A stretch of DNA of 64,000 nt from Thermoanaerobaculia bacterium (lineage in GTDB: Bacteria; Acidobacteriota; Thermoanaerobaculia; Gp7-AA8): assembly GCA_035999335.1 (NCBI GenBank), contig DASYGV010000086.1, positions 66,991 through 130,990 of the forward strand. The letters are read 5' to 3'. Under the pieces are notes generated by a model that worked only from the letters and a program-made list of their open reading frames with translations, did not search any database and was not told the DNA's origin. The position numbers were made by a program, and so were the translations under genes. Below, in pieces: positions 8,976-18,670 of this stretch (position 1 is the first letter of the stretch; each line of letters begins with the position of its first letter).

Positions 8976-9413
8976 TTACTGCCCGATCGCCGCGGCCGCG
9001 CCGCCCGCCATCGGGTCTTCGACGATGATGCCGATGTTCTTCGCGCCGCTGGCGCGGGCGAGATCGAGGAACTTCATCGTCGCCTCGTAGTCGACATCGC
9101 GTCCGCCCGAGAAGAACACCATCTTGGAAGAGTTCCCGCGAAGGATCTCGCGGATCCGGTTGGGGAACTGCTCCATCGTCATCTCTTCCTTGTTGATCAG
9201 CACACGCGGACCCGCGATGAGACGCAGGACGATCTGGTCCTGCACCGCGGACGGCGGGATGCCGGGCGGCGCTTTGGGCGGAACCTTCACGAGATAGCCC
9301 ATCTGAATGACCGGCGTGAGGACCATGAAGATGATCAGGAGCACGAGAACAACGTCCACCAACGGTGTGACGTTGATCTCCGACCGCATCGAACCACTGC
9401 CACCTACTTGCAT
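8976..9413 (-). CDS. exbD: biopolymer transport protein ExbD/TolR
   Basis: Diagnostic ExbD N-terminus (INVTPLVDVVLVLLIIFMV); about 145 aa. Confidence 0.85.
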   Translation of the reverse strand: MQVGGSGSMRSEINVTPLVDVVLVLLIIFMVLTPVIQMGYLVKVPPKAPPGIPPSAVQDQIVLRLIAGPRVLINKEEMTMEQFPNRIREILRGNSSKMVFFSGGRDVDYEATMKFLDLARASGAKNIGIIVEDPMAGGAAAAIGQ

Positions 9414-9417
9414 GGGA

Positions 9418-9873
9418 CTATGCTCCCTCTCCCGGGGATTTCTTCGGCTGCGAGATCAGCCCGACATCGTTGAAGCCAACTTCGCGGCAGGCCTTGAGCA
9501 CGTCGAGCACGTCGCCGTATTTCACTTGGCGGTCGCCCTTGACCGCGATCTCACGATCCGGCGTACGCTCGAAGATCTCCTTGAGCGACGATTCGACCTG
9601 GTCCTTGCGGACGACGTTCGGTCCAAGATAGACCGAGCCGTCCGCCTTCACCGAGATCTGAAGCTGCTTCTCGGTGTCCGGCGTCTTCTCCGGATCTTCC
9701 GTGACCGGAAGGTTCACGGGCACGCCCTTCTGCAGCATTGGCGTGACGACCATGAAGATGATCAGAAGCACCAGGCAGACGTCGACCAGCGGCGTGACGT
9801 TGATATCCGAAGTCAGCGCCGCGTGGCTCAGTTTCTGGAGCGAGCTACCCGGCAGCTTTTTCATCGCCGACAC
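9418..9873 (-). CDS. exbD: biopolymer transport protein ExbD/TolR (second copy)
   Basis: Diagnostic INVTPLVDVCLVLLIIFMV motif; about 151 aa. Confidence 0.85.
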   Translation of the reverse strand: MSAMKKLPGSSLQKLSHAALTSDINVTPLVDVCLVLLIIFMVVTPMLQKGVPVNLPVTEDPEKTPDTEKQLQISVKADGSVYLGPNVVRKDQVESSLKEIFERTPDREIAVKGDRQVKYGDVLDVLKACREVGFNDVGLISQPKKSPGEGA

Positions 9874-10531
9874 CCACTTCCTTCATGAAGTAGATCGCCA
9901 TCTCCGAACCGGAATTGGACATCTCGACGGTGAAGCGGTCGACGCGGTTCTGGAAATAGTTGTAAGCCCATACCGCGGGGATGGCCACGAGGAGGCCGCC
10001 GGCAGTCGTGAACAGCGCTTCGGCGATACCGGCGGAGACCGAGGCGATACCGCCGCCGCCCTTGGCCATGCCGGTGAAGGCGTTGATGATGCCGATGACC
10101 GTTCCGAACAGTCCGACGAATGGCGCGGTTGCACCGATGGTCGCGAGAACGCCGAGGTTTTCCTTCAACTCCGCTACCGTGATCATGGCCGTGCGGTCCA
10201 TGCCCTGGCGCGCGGCCTCGACGGCGAGCTCCATGTCCGTGATGCGCTTGTCGCGGCGCGAGGCCTCGAACTCGAGCAGACCGGCGGCGATGACCTTCGC
10301 CAGGTGGCTCTGCTTGTACTTCTTGGTGACTTCGATGGCCTGGGCATAGTCGCCCTTGGTCAGCAGGTTCGAGAGCGCGCCGAGCAGTTTCAGCGACTGG
10401 TTCTTCGCCTTCGAAAAGGTGAGGTACCGCTCGACCATGACCCACAGCGAGTAGATCGACATTACCGCCATGATGCCGATGACGATAAAGCCGGCGACCG
10501 TCATCTCTTTAAACATGTGTGCCAAATCCAT
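9845..10531 (-). CDS. exbB: MotA/TolQ/ExbB proton channel
   Basis: Three TM helices and the conserved GLLGTVIGIINAF/ASGIAEALFTTAGGL-type motifs. The 3' end overlaps the exbD start. Confidence 0.9.
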   Translation of the reverse strand: MDLAHMFKEMTVAGFIVIGIMAVMSIYSLWVMVERYLTFSKAKNQSLKLLGALSNLLTKGDYAQAIEVTKKYKQSHLAKVIAAGLLEFEASRRDKRITDMELAVEAARQGMDRTAMITVAELKENLGVLATIGATAPFVGLFGTVIGIINAFTGMAKGGGGIASVSAGIAEALFTTAGGLLVAIPAVWAYNYFQNRVDRFTVEMSNSGSEMAIYFMKEVGVGDEKAAG

Positions 10532-10578
10532 GACTCATCCTCCTCGTGCGACGCCGGCCAACCGGCACCGCCTATCTT

Positions 10579-11322
10579 TTAGTTCAATTTGAAGTTGACG
10601 GTAAGGTTGAAGATGACGTCCACCGGCTGCCCGTTGAGCGTACCCGGACGGAACTTCCACTTCTGAACCGCATCTGCAGCGGCCTGATCGAGGCCGAACG
10701 GAAGCGGCTTGAGGACGCGGACGTCGCGGACGTTGCCGTTCTTGTCGATGATGCACTCGACGATGACGATGCCGGCCACGCGGGCCTTGCGCGCCACCTC
10801 GGGATAGTGCGGCTCGACGCGGCTGATGACCACAGGCGCCTTGACGTCGCCACCGACTCGCAGCGGCGCCGTTTGTGCCGGCGGAGGCGCTTCGGTGACG
10901 ATGCCGCCGACGACTCCGCCAACCACACCGCCGAGGACACCGCCCTCGACACCGCCTTCGACGCCACCCTCGACTCCGACGTCCGTGGACGCCGATTCAA
11001 CCGGCTTCACAGTGTCGGGAACGACGGTGGGCGCCATGTTCTGGATGTCCTGCGGAACCTCGACCGGCCTCACTTCGACCGGCTTCACCGTCGCGGCTCT
11101 GGGCGGCGGCGGCGGGGGGGGTGGGGGTGGCGGCGGAGCGGCGGCCACCGAGTACTGCGCGACCTGGGCCGGCGAGTTCTCGGGGAAGTCGACGTTCCAC
11201 AGCGAGCCGAAGAGCGCGCCGACGCCGACCACCACGTGCAGCCCCAGCGACACCGGGAGCGTCAGGTACTTCTGGATCCCGACTTTCTGCTTTCTTGATT
11301 CGACGACTGTGGTTTCGAACAT
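10579..11322 (-). CDS. tonB: energy transducer TonB
   Basis: N-terminal TM helix, a P12 proline tract, a Gly/Val repeat spacer, and a C-terminal TonB domain (VIVECIIDKNGNVRDVRVLK…GQPV). Confidence 0.8.
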   Translation of the reverse strand: MFETTVVESRKQKVGIQKYLTLPVSLGLHVVVGVGALFGSLWNVDFPENSPAQVAQYSVAAAPPPPPPPPPPPPRAATVKPVEVRPVEVPQDIQNMAPTVVPDTVKPVESASTDVGVEGGVEGGVEGGVLGGVVGGVVGGIVTEAPPPAQTAPLRVGGDVKAPVVISRVEPHYPEVARKARVAGIVIVECIIDKNGNVRDVRVLKPLPFGLDQAAADAVQKWKFRPGTLNGQPVDVIFNLTVNFKLN

Positions 11323-11339
11323 GATGTGTGTCCCGTGTG

Positions 11340-12176
11340 TTAGCTCTTCTTGCCGGCGGCCGCGGCAGCGGCTTCGGCCTTCTTCTTCTTCACGATCGCA
11401 ATCGCTTCGTTGCGGATGCGATCTGCCTCGGCGACGAGCTGCTGTTGTTTGACAGGATCGCTCTCGAGCGGCGCCTGCTGACGGTAGAGGAGGCTGAGGT
11501 AAACCATCGCCTCGAAGTAATCGGCGCGCATGCGCGTCGCGCGCAGCAGCGCAGCCTTGCCCCTCTCGATGATCGCGAGGCGCTCGGGGATTTCCTGCGG
11601 CGGGTTCTTGGCGATCTTCTCGTAGCAGACCACGCCGAACGTGTAGAACGCCTCGGGATTCTTGGAGTCGAGGAGGGTGATCTTCTCGTACCAGTTCAGC
11701 GACTCGTTGAAGTCGCCCTGCTTCGCGTAGAGCGTGGCGATGGACCGGACGGCTTCGATGTCGGCCGGATGGTCCTTGAGCCAGTCTCGGAAGTAGTTGA
11801 TCGCCTCGGTGATGCGATCGGCGTTGAGGTAGAGATTGATGAGCGCCTCGCGGGCGATGCGATCGTCGGGGCGCTTCCGCAGATAACTGCGCAGCTCCAC
11901 GATCGCGGCGTCGGCGTTCTTCACGTTCGCCGGCGACTTGTCTTCCGGTACGTACAGACCGATTAGCGAGTACCCGATCATCCGGTCGAGGTCAGGAAAG
12001 CTCTCCGAGTCGATCTCGCGCGCTTTCTTGTAGTGCTGGAGGGCCGTCGCATAGTCTTCCTTCGCGTACGCGTCGTTCGCGTTGCGAATCTCTATGCGAG
12101 CCTGCACCTTCTGACAACCGACGAGAGACAATAGGGAAAGAGAAAGTGCCGCGATTAGGCACAGCTTCTTTTTCAT
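11340..12176 (-). CDS. TPR-repeat lipoprotein (lipobox LVGC)
   Basis: Signal peptide with Cys lipobox. Repeated A..Y....G.....A...Y TPR motifs. It is the first gene of the TonB-ExbBD operon. Confidence 0.7.
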   Translation of the reverse strand: MKKKLCLIAALSLSLLSLVGCQKVQARIEIRNANDAYAKEDYATALQHYKKAREIDSESFPDLDRMIGYSLIGLYVPEDKSPANVKNADAAIVELRSYLRKRPDDRIAREALINLYLNADRITEAINYFRDWLKDHPADIEAVRSIATLYAKQGDFNESLNWYEKITLLDSKNPEAFYTFGVVCYEKIAKNPPQEIPERLAIIERGKAALLRATRMRADYFEAMVYLSLLYRQQAPLESDPVKQQQLVAEADRIRNEAIAIVKKKKAEAAAAAAGKKS

Positions 12177-12345
12177 GTGATTCCGAACTCCCAGATGAGT
12201 GATCGCAGAACTGTGCAGGGGGCGCTGTCAGGCTGCATCCCGGCCCGCGTCAGGCAATGGCCAGCGAATATACAGATGGGTCGCATTACCGTCAACCTTC
12301 TAGTTAGTACCTGAAACCGAAAGTTTTAGCCGAAAACATCCATCT

Positions 12346-12381
12346 GAAAAAAACGCTTCTCCGGCCCTGCCGATGCCGGTT
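12346..12381 (-). terminator. rho-independent terminator after the TDO gene
   Basis: Read on the minus strand: ccggcatcggcagggccgg hairpin followed by agaagcgttttttt. Confidence 0.6.
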
Positions 12382-12461
12382 CGCGATCCTCTCGTCTGAT
12401 GCCATTCGACACCTTTTCCACGCCGAAAGAAACCATCGCGTGTGAAATCTTTCTCGTCGGG

Positions 12462-13163
12462 TCAATAAGTCGGCTTCCATTCCGCGGTCAGATCGCTGAT
12501 CGCGGACCACAACTCCGGAAACAACGGCTCGCGTGTTCCGGCCTCGAGCTGGGCTGCCGGCACCCCCTTCAGCGAATGAACACGGTCGCCGATGATCCGA
12601 AATGCAAGACGCATGTGCGTGAATCGCCACTTCATGAATGCCTCGTCGTAGTCCATCATCGCCTGCAGGAGCCGGAAGAGCGGGTAGTGCTCCTTCGGAT
12701 TGCGTTCCAGCTCGAGCACGGTGACCGATCGTTTTCGGAGCAGCGCCTCGAAATGCGGCCAGACGCGCTTGCCAACATCGAGCAGTCGGCGAAAGCCCGG
12801 CGACTCCTGGCCGCTGCCGCGTCCCAGAGACGTGGTGCGCAAGACGTGGTAGTCGACCGGAGCCATGGTCTCCAGGATGATGATCTGCTCGCGCAGAAGG
12901 TCGATGATCAGCCGCGAGCGGTGGAGGAGGTCGGCAGCGAGCTCGGGCTCGTCGCTCTCGAGATGCACGACGGTGCGGTCGATCTCGTAGTCGATGTGAT
13001 GCAGCCAAAGCTCGGCGGTCTGGTGCATGACCTGGAACAGCCGTTCTTCAGGATTGGAGAGCAGCTCGACCGGTTTCTGCAACTCGAGCAACTCGGGGAC
13101 GCGCACGTAGCGCTCGTAGTCGGTGTTGCCTCTTCCTTCGAGGATGGGACCGGTATGCGGCAT
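12462..13163 (-). CDS. kynA: tryptophan 2,3-dioxygenase family protein
   Basis: TDYERYVRVPELLELQKP and downstream helical motifs fit the bacterial TDO family; 233 aa. Confidence 0.55.
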   Translation of the reverse strand: MPHTGPILEGRGNTDYERYVRVPELLELQKPVELLSNPEERLFQVMHQTAELWLHHIDYEIDRTVVHLESDEPELAADLLHRSRLIIDLLREQIIILETMAPVDYHVLRTTSLGRGSGQESPGFRRLLDVGKRVWPHFEALLRKRSVTVLELERNPKEHYPLFRLLQAMMDYDEAFMKWRFTHMRLAFRIIGDRVHSLKGVPAAQLEAGTREPLFPELWSAISDLTAEWKPTY

Positions 13164-13180
13164 GGGCGCGGATCATACAG

Positions 13181-13235
13181 TTGCGAGTTGCGGGTTGCGA
13201 GTGCCCTCGCAACTCGGAACTCGAAACTCAGACCA
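13181..13235. repeat. heptamer-built palindrome (gttgcga units)
   Basis: gagttgcgggttgcgag tgccc tcgcaactcggaactc. Intergenic between two minus-strand genes. Confidence 0.8.
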
Positions 13236-14430
13236 GCTCGAGGATGTGCCCCAGCTTCGTCTTCTTCGCCTCGAGATACTTCCGCGTCGTCTGCGACGGC
13301 GCGATCTCGAGCGGGACGCGCTCGACGATCTGGAGGCCGAAGCCTTCGATCGCCACGAACTTGGCCGGGTTGTTGGTCATCAGGCGGATCTTGCGGACGC
13401 CGAGGTCGCGGAGGATCTGCGAGCCGGTGCCGTAGTCGCGAATGTCGGGGGCGAAGCCGAGCTTCGCGTTCGCCTCGATCGTGTCCGCGCCGGCGTCCTG
13501 CAGCTCGTACGCGCGCAGCTTGTTGATCAAACCGATGCCGCGGCCTTCCTGCAGAAGATAGAGGATGATCCCCTTCCCTTCCTGTTCGATCAGCGCGAAC
13601 GCGCGCTCGAGCTGATCGCCGCAGTCACAGCGGCTGGAATGGAAGACGTCGCCGGTGAGACACGACGAGTGCACGCGCACGAGCACTTCATCGTCCTCGG
13701 AGATCTCGCCCTTCACCAGCGCGACGTGCTCTTCACCGGTGATGTCGCTCTGGTAGGCGTGCACGCGGAACTCGCCGTGCTCGGTCGGAAGCACGGGCGC
13801 CGCGAGGCAGTGCACGTGCTTCTCGTTGTGCATCCTGTATTTGATGATGTCGGCGACGGAGATGATCTTCAGGCCGTGACGGACGGCGAACTCGCGCAAG
13901 TCCGGCAGGCGCGCCATCGTGCCGTCCTCGTTCATGATCTCGCAGATGACCGCCGCGGGCGTCATGCCCGCGATGAGCGCGAGATCGACCGAGGCCTCGG
14001 TCTGCCCCGCGCGCTTGAGCACTCCGCCCTTCTTCGCGCGCAACGGGAACACATGCCCCGGACGCGCGAGGTCGTGCGGCCGCGTCTTCGGATCGATCGC
14101 GACGCGCACGGTCTCGGAGCGATCGAACGCGGAGATGCCGGTGGTCACTCGGCCTCGCGCCTCGATCGACACCGTGAATGCCGTGCCGAAGTTCGTGGTG
14201 TTGTTCTCGACCATCAGCGGGAGGTCGAGCTCTTTGCACCGCTCCTCGGTGAGCGCGAGACAGATCAGTCCCCGCCCGAACTTCGCCATGAAGTTGATCG
14301 TCTCGGGCGTGACCCGCTCCGCCGCGATGCAGAGATCTCCCTCGTTCTCGCGGTCTTCGTCATCGACGATGATGACCAGCTCCCCGCGGCGATAGAGCTC
14401 GGCGGCTTCCTGAATGTTGGCGAACGGCAT
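13228..14430 (-). CDS. ribBA: bifunctional 3,4-dihydroxy-2-butanone-4-phosphate synthase / GTP cyclohydrolase II
   Basis: N-terminal DHBP synthase motifs ([11 protein letters not shown]) and the C-terminal GCH-II Zn site (CxxGxxxxSxRCDCG); 400 aa. Confidence 0.9.
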   Translation of the reverse strand: MPFANIQEAAELYRRGELVIIVDDEDRENEGDLCIAAERVTPETINFMAKFGRGLICLALTEERCKELDLPLMVENNTTNFGTAFTVSIEARGRVTTGISAFDRSETVRVAIDPKTRPHDLARPGHVFPLRAKKGGVLKRAGQTEASVDLALIAGMTPAAVICEIMNEDGTMARLPDLREFAVRHGLKIISVADIIKYRMHNEKHVHCLAAPVLPTEHGEFRVHAYQSDITGEEHVALVKGEISEDDEVLVRVHSSCLTGDVFHSSRCDCGDQLERAFALIEQEGKGIILYLLQEGRGIGLINKLRAYELQDAGADTIEANAKLGFAPDIRDYGTGSQILRDLGVRKIRLMTNNPAKFVAIEGFGLQIVERVPLEIAPSQTTRKYLEAKKTKLGHILELV

Positions 14431-14449
14431 ATCGAACCGAGACTAAAGC

Positions 14450-16003
14450 TTACTCGACAACCTTGAATTTTTCGGAAAGCGTGTACGACGTCTTCTTGAT
14501 CGTGTCGATCACCTTCACGGTGAAGGTGTAGTCGCCCGGCTTGAACGACTCCAGCGGAATGGCATTGCCGACGCCGTAGTGGCCGGGAACGCCCTTCATC
14601 TCGATCGCGTCCGTTTCGCGCGGCGGCGCCGCCATCTTCACGGCCTTGCCGGTGTTGTCCGTGCCGGCGACGTCGAGCTTCACCTGCAGCTTCGGCAAGC
14701 GCGGTACGTCGGCGGTGTTCACCGCCACCGTTCCCTCGGGAAGCGCCGGCTCGGCGAGCCCGGGGTTGCGCAGCTCGAAGAAGTACCAGAGCTCATCCGA
14801 TGCACGGAAGGCGCGGTCCGCCTTCGGCACGACCCGCACACCGCCGAAGGCGAACGGATCGTCGGGCAACTGCGACTCGGTCAGCGGAAAGATGTTGTTC
14901 GAGAGGATGAGCTGTGAGATCGCGGTGGCGTCCTTGTCGAGCGCGCCCGCGAGCTCCATGTCCGCCGCCGTGAGCGCGACGACCGCGCCGTTCTTCGCGA
15001 GACCGAAGACCCCGCGATGCTTGCCCGCGGGAAGCGTGAGCGATTTGTCGATGTAAAAGTCGTCCTTCGACGCAGCCAGCGTGACCGGCTGCTCGAACGC
15101 GAGGACGTTCTTGCCCGTCGCATCTTCGACGACGCCGAAGAAGGTCACGTCGCCGCTGATGCCCGAGGCTTTCGGGACGTAGAGGCCGACGGGAACGAAG
15201 GTCTGTCCAAAGGAGGTCACGTACTCGCCCCAGGCGACGTAAGCCTTCTTGTCGTACGGATTCTTCGCGTTCTTCTGGTCCGCGACCGCGGTCTTGAATG
15301 TCGCGGTGGTCAGCTCCGTCTGGACGACGGGCGGCGCCTCGGCGACGGGCGGCGGCGTTGGAGCCGCGGCGGCCGTGAACGTCGGCGCGACCTTCAGGTC
15401 CGGCTGGGTGATCGACTTCGCGATCGCGCGCGCCTGCGACTCTTTGAGATCGACCGCGTTGCGGCCGAGCTTGTACGTGGACTGACCTACCGGCACGAAT
15501 TGAATCTGCGCACGCGCCACATGGAAAAGCTCCTTGGCGACGGCGGCATCGTAGACCCACGTGAGCGCCAGCCGGTCGGGCATCGGCTGGCCCATGCTTC
15601 CGGGCTCATCCGGGTTCATGCTCGGGACGTCGGCAGTGCGAGGCTGCACGATGCGCTGCGGTGGGCCGTACACGAGCAGGATCTTGCCGCGATCCGTCAT
15701 CGAGCCTTTCATCTTGCCTTCGGCGAATGTTTTATCGGCGGCCTGGATCCGTTCTTCGATCTGCGAGCGGTACTCGTTCGCGGGTGTCCCCGGCGTCGGA
15801 TCGCGGCGGGCCCAGAAGAGGTCGACGAATGCCTTCGCGTCCGCGTCGGACTTGAGCGTCTTCCAGCTCGCTGCTTCTTCTTTGGTCATCAGGAACTGGT
15901 ACGGTCCCTGTCCCCACTCGATGAACGCGGGGGAGAGATCGGCGATGGCGATCGCCGCGAGGCAGACCAAGGCGGCTGCCGTCACAAACATGCGCAATTT
16001 CAT
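14450..16003 (-). CDS. GWxTD-domain secreted protein
   Basis: Signal peptide. FWARRDPTPGTPANEYRSQIEERIQAADKTF…GSMTDRGKILLVYGPP matches the GWxTD domain consensus (R.DP.P.T..NE...R...A...F…GW.TDRG..Y..YGPP). Confidence 0.6.
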   Translation of the reverse strand: MKLRMFVTAAALVCLAAIAIADLSPAFIEWGQGPYQFLMTKEEAASWKTLKSDADAKAFVDLFWARRDPTPGTPANEYRSQIEERIQAADKTFAEGKMKGSMTDRGKILLVYGPPQRIVQPRTADVPSMNPDEPGSMGQPMPDRLALTWVYDAAVAKELFHVARAQIQFVPVGQSTYKLGRNAVDLKESQARAIAKSITQPDLKVAPTFTAAAAPTPPPVAEAPPVVQTELTTATFKTAVADQKNAKNPYDKKAYVAWGEYVTSFGQTFVPVGLYVPKASGISGDVTFFGVVEDATGKNVLAFEQPVTLAASKDDFYIDKSLTLPAGKHRGVFGLAKNGAVVALTAADMELAGALDKDATAISQLILSNNIFPLTESQLPDDPFAFGGVRVVPKADRAFRASDELWYFFELRNPGLAEPALPEGTVAVNTADVPRLPKLQVKLDVAGTDNTGKAVKMAAPPRETDAIEMKGVPGHYGVGNAIPLESFKPGDYTFTVKVIDTIKKTSYTLSEKFKVVE

Positions 16004-16046
16004 GGGCTCTCCAACTCGTGAAATGACTTGCCCGGTCGAAACAGGC

Positions 16047-16244
16047 CTATTGCTGCTCGAAATTCTCCATCTGGTCGTAGAGACGGTCCATCTCCGAATC
16101 GATCTCTTCCTGGGTCAACACTCCCTTGCGAACCAGCAGCGCCGCCAGGCTGTGCAGCAGGATGCCGTTCTCGATGATCATCTGCTCGATCTGCTCGTCG
16201 TCCTCGTCGTAGTCGGCCTCATTGCCGCGATCGATGTCGTCCAT
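16047..16244 (-). CDS. small acidic hypothetical protein (65 aa)
   Basis: ORF with coding-like composition (MDDIDRGNEADYDEDDEQIEQ…). No recognisable family. Confidence 0.3.
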   Translation of the reverse strand: MDDIDRGNEADYDEDDEQIEQMIIENGILLHSLAALLVRKGVLTQEEIDSEMDRLYDQMENFEQQ

Positions 16245-16261
16245 TTGTCGCTCCCTCCTTC

Positions 16262-16340
16262 AGGGCGCAGGGCGCAGGGCGCAGGGCGCAGAAGCTGACG
16301 GCTCTTCTGCGCCCTGCGCCCTGTCCCCTGTGCCCTGCTC
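16262..16340. repeat. heptamer-built palindrome (gggcgca units)
   Basis: cagggcgcagggcgcagggcgcagggcgcagaag - loop - cttctgcgccctgcgccctgtcccctgtgccctg. A related copy lies at 39985-40040. Confidence 0.85.
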
Positions 16341-16389
16341 CGTGTACCACTGGCCACCGCCAACTGGCAACCCGTAAAATCCGCGCACG

Positions 16390-17382
16390 ATGAAACGGGC
16401 TCTTCTTGCGATCACTCTGTTCGCCTTCACCTTCTGCCAGCAACGCGAGGCGCCGCCGCCCACGACGAACACTGCTCCCGCCGCGAAGCCGCTGCGCGTG
16501 GGACTGCTCACTCCCGGCTCGATCCACGACGGCGGATGGAACGCCATCGCCTACGAGGGTCTGCAGCGCGCCAAGTCGGAGCTCGGCGCAGAGGTCTCGA
16601 ATCAGGAGACGAAGTCGCCCGCGGAGAATCTCGAGGGCTTCCGCGCGTATGGCGCGAAGGGCTTCGACGTCGCGTTCGGCCACGGCTTCGAATATCAGGA
16701 TCCCGCGAAGGCCGCGGGCGCGGAGTATCCGAAGACGATCTTCATCACCACCTCGGGCACGACCATCGCGCCAAACGTAGCGCCGATGCGCTTCGAGCTC
16801 GAGGAAGCGACCTACCTCCTCGGCGTGATCGCCGCGCGCGAGTCGAAGACCGGCAAGGCCGGCCTCGTGGGCGGCATCAACTTCCCGTCGATCGCTTCGA
16901 CGTTTCTCGCGTTCAAGGCCGGCGCACAGTCGGTGAATCCGAACTTCGACGTACGCGAGATCTACACCGGCAACTTCGACGACCTCGCCGCGGCGAGGCT
17001 GGCCACGCTTTCACTCATCAACGCCGGCGCGGACTTCATCCTCCATCAGGCAAATGAAGCGGGACGCGGCGTGTTCCAGGCGTGCAGCGAGCGAAAGGTG
17101 CGCTGCTTCGGGTCGAACAAGAATCAAACCGACCTCGCGCCGGATGTGATCGTCGCGAACGCTGTGCTCGACGTCCCTGGCGCAATCCTGAAGATGGTGC
17201 GCACCGTTCGCGACGGCCAGTTCAAACCGGAGATCCAGTACTTCGGCATGAACGAAGGCGTGGTGACGCTGGAGTGGAACGAAGCGCTGAAGTCACAGAT
17301 CTCGCCGGAAACGGTCGCGGAAGTCGCGCGGCTCGAGCAGGAGATCAAGGCCGGCCGTCTGAAAGTACCGACCGGATTCTGA
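16390..17382 (+). CDS. BMP-family ABC transporter substrate-binding lipoprotein (nucleoside-binding PnrA-like)
   Basis: Signal peptide and lipobox (FTFC). LRVGLLTPGSIHDGGWN, GAKGFDVAFGHGF and FGSNKNQ are typical of the Bmp/PnrA family. Confidence 0.85.
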   Translation: MKRALLAITLFAFTFCQQREAPPPTTNTAPAAKPLRVGLLTPGSIHDGGWNAIAYEGLQRAKSELGAEVSNQETKSPAENLEGFRAYGAKGFDVAFGHGFEYQDPAKAAGAEYPKTIFITTSGTTIAPNVAPMRFELEEATYLLGVIAARESKTGKAGLVGGINFPSIASTFLAFKAGAQSVNPNFDVREIYTGNFDDLAAARLATLSLINAGADFILHQANEAGRGVFQACSERKVRCFGSNKNQTDLAPDVIVANAVLDVPGAILKMVRTVRDGQFKPEIQYFGMNEGVVTLEWNEALKSQISPETVAEVARLEQEIKAGRLKVPTGF

Positions 17383-17383
17383 C

Positions 17384-18670
17384 GTGCGCCTCTCGCGCAT
17401 CACGAAGTCTTTCGGGACGCACTCTAACGTTAGTCGCGCGGTCGACGACGTCTCGCTGACCATCGAGCGCGGCGAGATCCTCGCCGTCATCGGCGAGAAC
17501 GGCGCCGGCAAGACGACGCTGATGCGCATCGCCGCGGGGGAACTTTCTCCGGATGCGGGGGAGGTCCTTCGCTCCGCTCAGGATGACATCGGCTTCGTGC
17601 ACCAGCACTTCCTGCTCGTTCCCGAGCTGACGATCGCCGAGAACCTCGCGCTGATCGAACGGCGTTTCCGCTTCGCAACGCGAAAGACGCTCGAACGCGA
17701 AGCGGTGCGGATGATCGAGTCGAGCGGCATCGAGCTGCACGAGGTCTCCCGCCGCGTCGCGGATCTCTCCGTCGGCGAAAAGTCGAAGCTGGAGCTGATC
17801 AAAGCGATCGCGACGAAACCGTCGACGCTGATCCTCGATGAGCCGACGTCCGTCCTCACGCCGCACGAATCGGAGGAGTTGTTCCGCGTGATGCGCACCC
17901 TCGCAGCGAGCGGCACCGCGATCGTGTTCATCAGCCACAAGCTGCCCGAGGTGCTCGCGATTGCCGAACGCATCGTCGTGATGCGCACGGGAAAGGTCGT
18001 GATGGAAACGCGAGAGGCGACGGCGGAATCGCTCGCGCGCGCGATGACCCCCCAGCCGCCTCTCCCCGCGCACGGGGAGAGGGTCAGGGTGAGGGGCACT
18101 CTCGCGCTGAGTCACGGCAACGTCCAGATTCACCACCACGAGATCCTCGCGATCGTCGGCGTCGCCGGCAACGGCCAGTCCGAGCTCGCGGAGGAATTGC
18201 GCGCGCGCTTCCCGCACGCCGGACAAATCCCCGAGGACCGCACGCGGGACGGCGTGATCGCGCAGATGACGATCGCGGAGAACCTCGCCCTCCGCGGCGT
18301 GCGCGACGCCGAACGGATGATCGAGCTCTACTCGATCCGCGCGCTCGGTCCGCGGCAGCTCGCGGGCGATCTCTCCGGCGGCAATCAGCAGAAAGTCGTC
18401 CTCGCGCGCGAGCTCGATCGCCGTCCGCAAATCATCATCGCCGCCGAGCCGACGCGCGGCCTCGACATCGAGGCCACGAGCTTCGTTCACGAGCGCCTGC
18501 GCGTCGCCGCTGCCGCGGGCGCGGCGATCCTCCTGATCACCTCCGATCTCGACGAAGCGTTCGAGCTCGCGGACGCGATGCAGGTGATCTACCGCGGAAA
18601 ACTCTCGGCGCGTATGACGCCCGAGGAGGCGTCGTCGCGCGTGGCCAACCTGATGGCAGGTGTGGCGTGA
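17384..18670 (+). CDS. ABC transporter ATP-binding protein (duplicated ATPase domains, CUT2-like)
   Basis: GTG start directly after the BMP stop. Walker A GENGAGKTT, signature LSVGEKSKLE, and a second domain LSGGNQQKVVLAREL. Confidence 0.85.
   Translation: MRLSRITKSFGTHSNVSRAVDDVSLTIERGEILAVIGENGAGKTTLMRIAAGELSPDAGEVLRSAQDDIGFVHQHFLLVPELTIAENLALIERRFRFATRKTLEREAVRMIESSGIELHEVSRRVADLSVGEKSKLELIKAIATKPSTLILDEPTSVLTPHESEELFRVMRTLAASGTAIVFISHKLPEVLAIAERIVVMRTGKVVMETREATAESLARAMTPQPPLPAHGERVRVRGTLALSHGNVQIHHHEILAIVGVAGNGQSELAEELRARFPHAGQIPEDRTRDGVIAQMTIAENLALRGVRDAERMIELYSIRALGPRQLAGDLSGGNQQKVVLARELDRRPQIIIAAEPTRGLDIEATSFVHERLRVAAAAGAAILLITSDLDEAFELADAMQVIYRGKLSARMTPEEASSRVANLMAGVA

Noticed and set aside
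12177-12461. AT-richer 285-bp intergenic region as a candidate small-RNA gene
   Set aside because: It is adequately explained as the terminator of the upstream TDO gene plus the promoter/leader of the TPR-TonB operon. No conserved sRNA structure is recognisable from the sequence alone.
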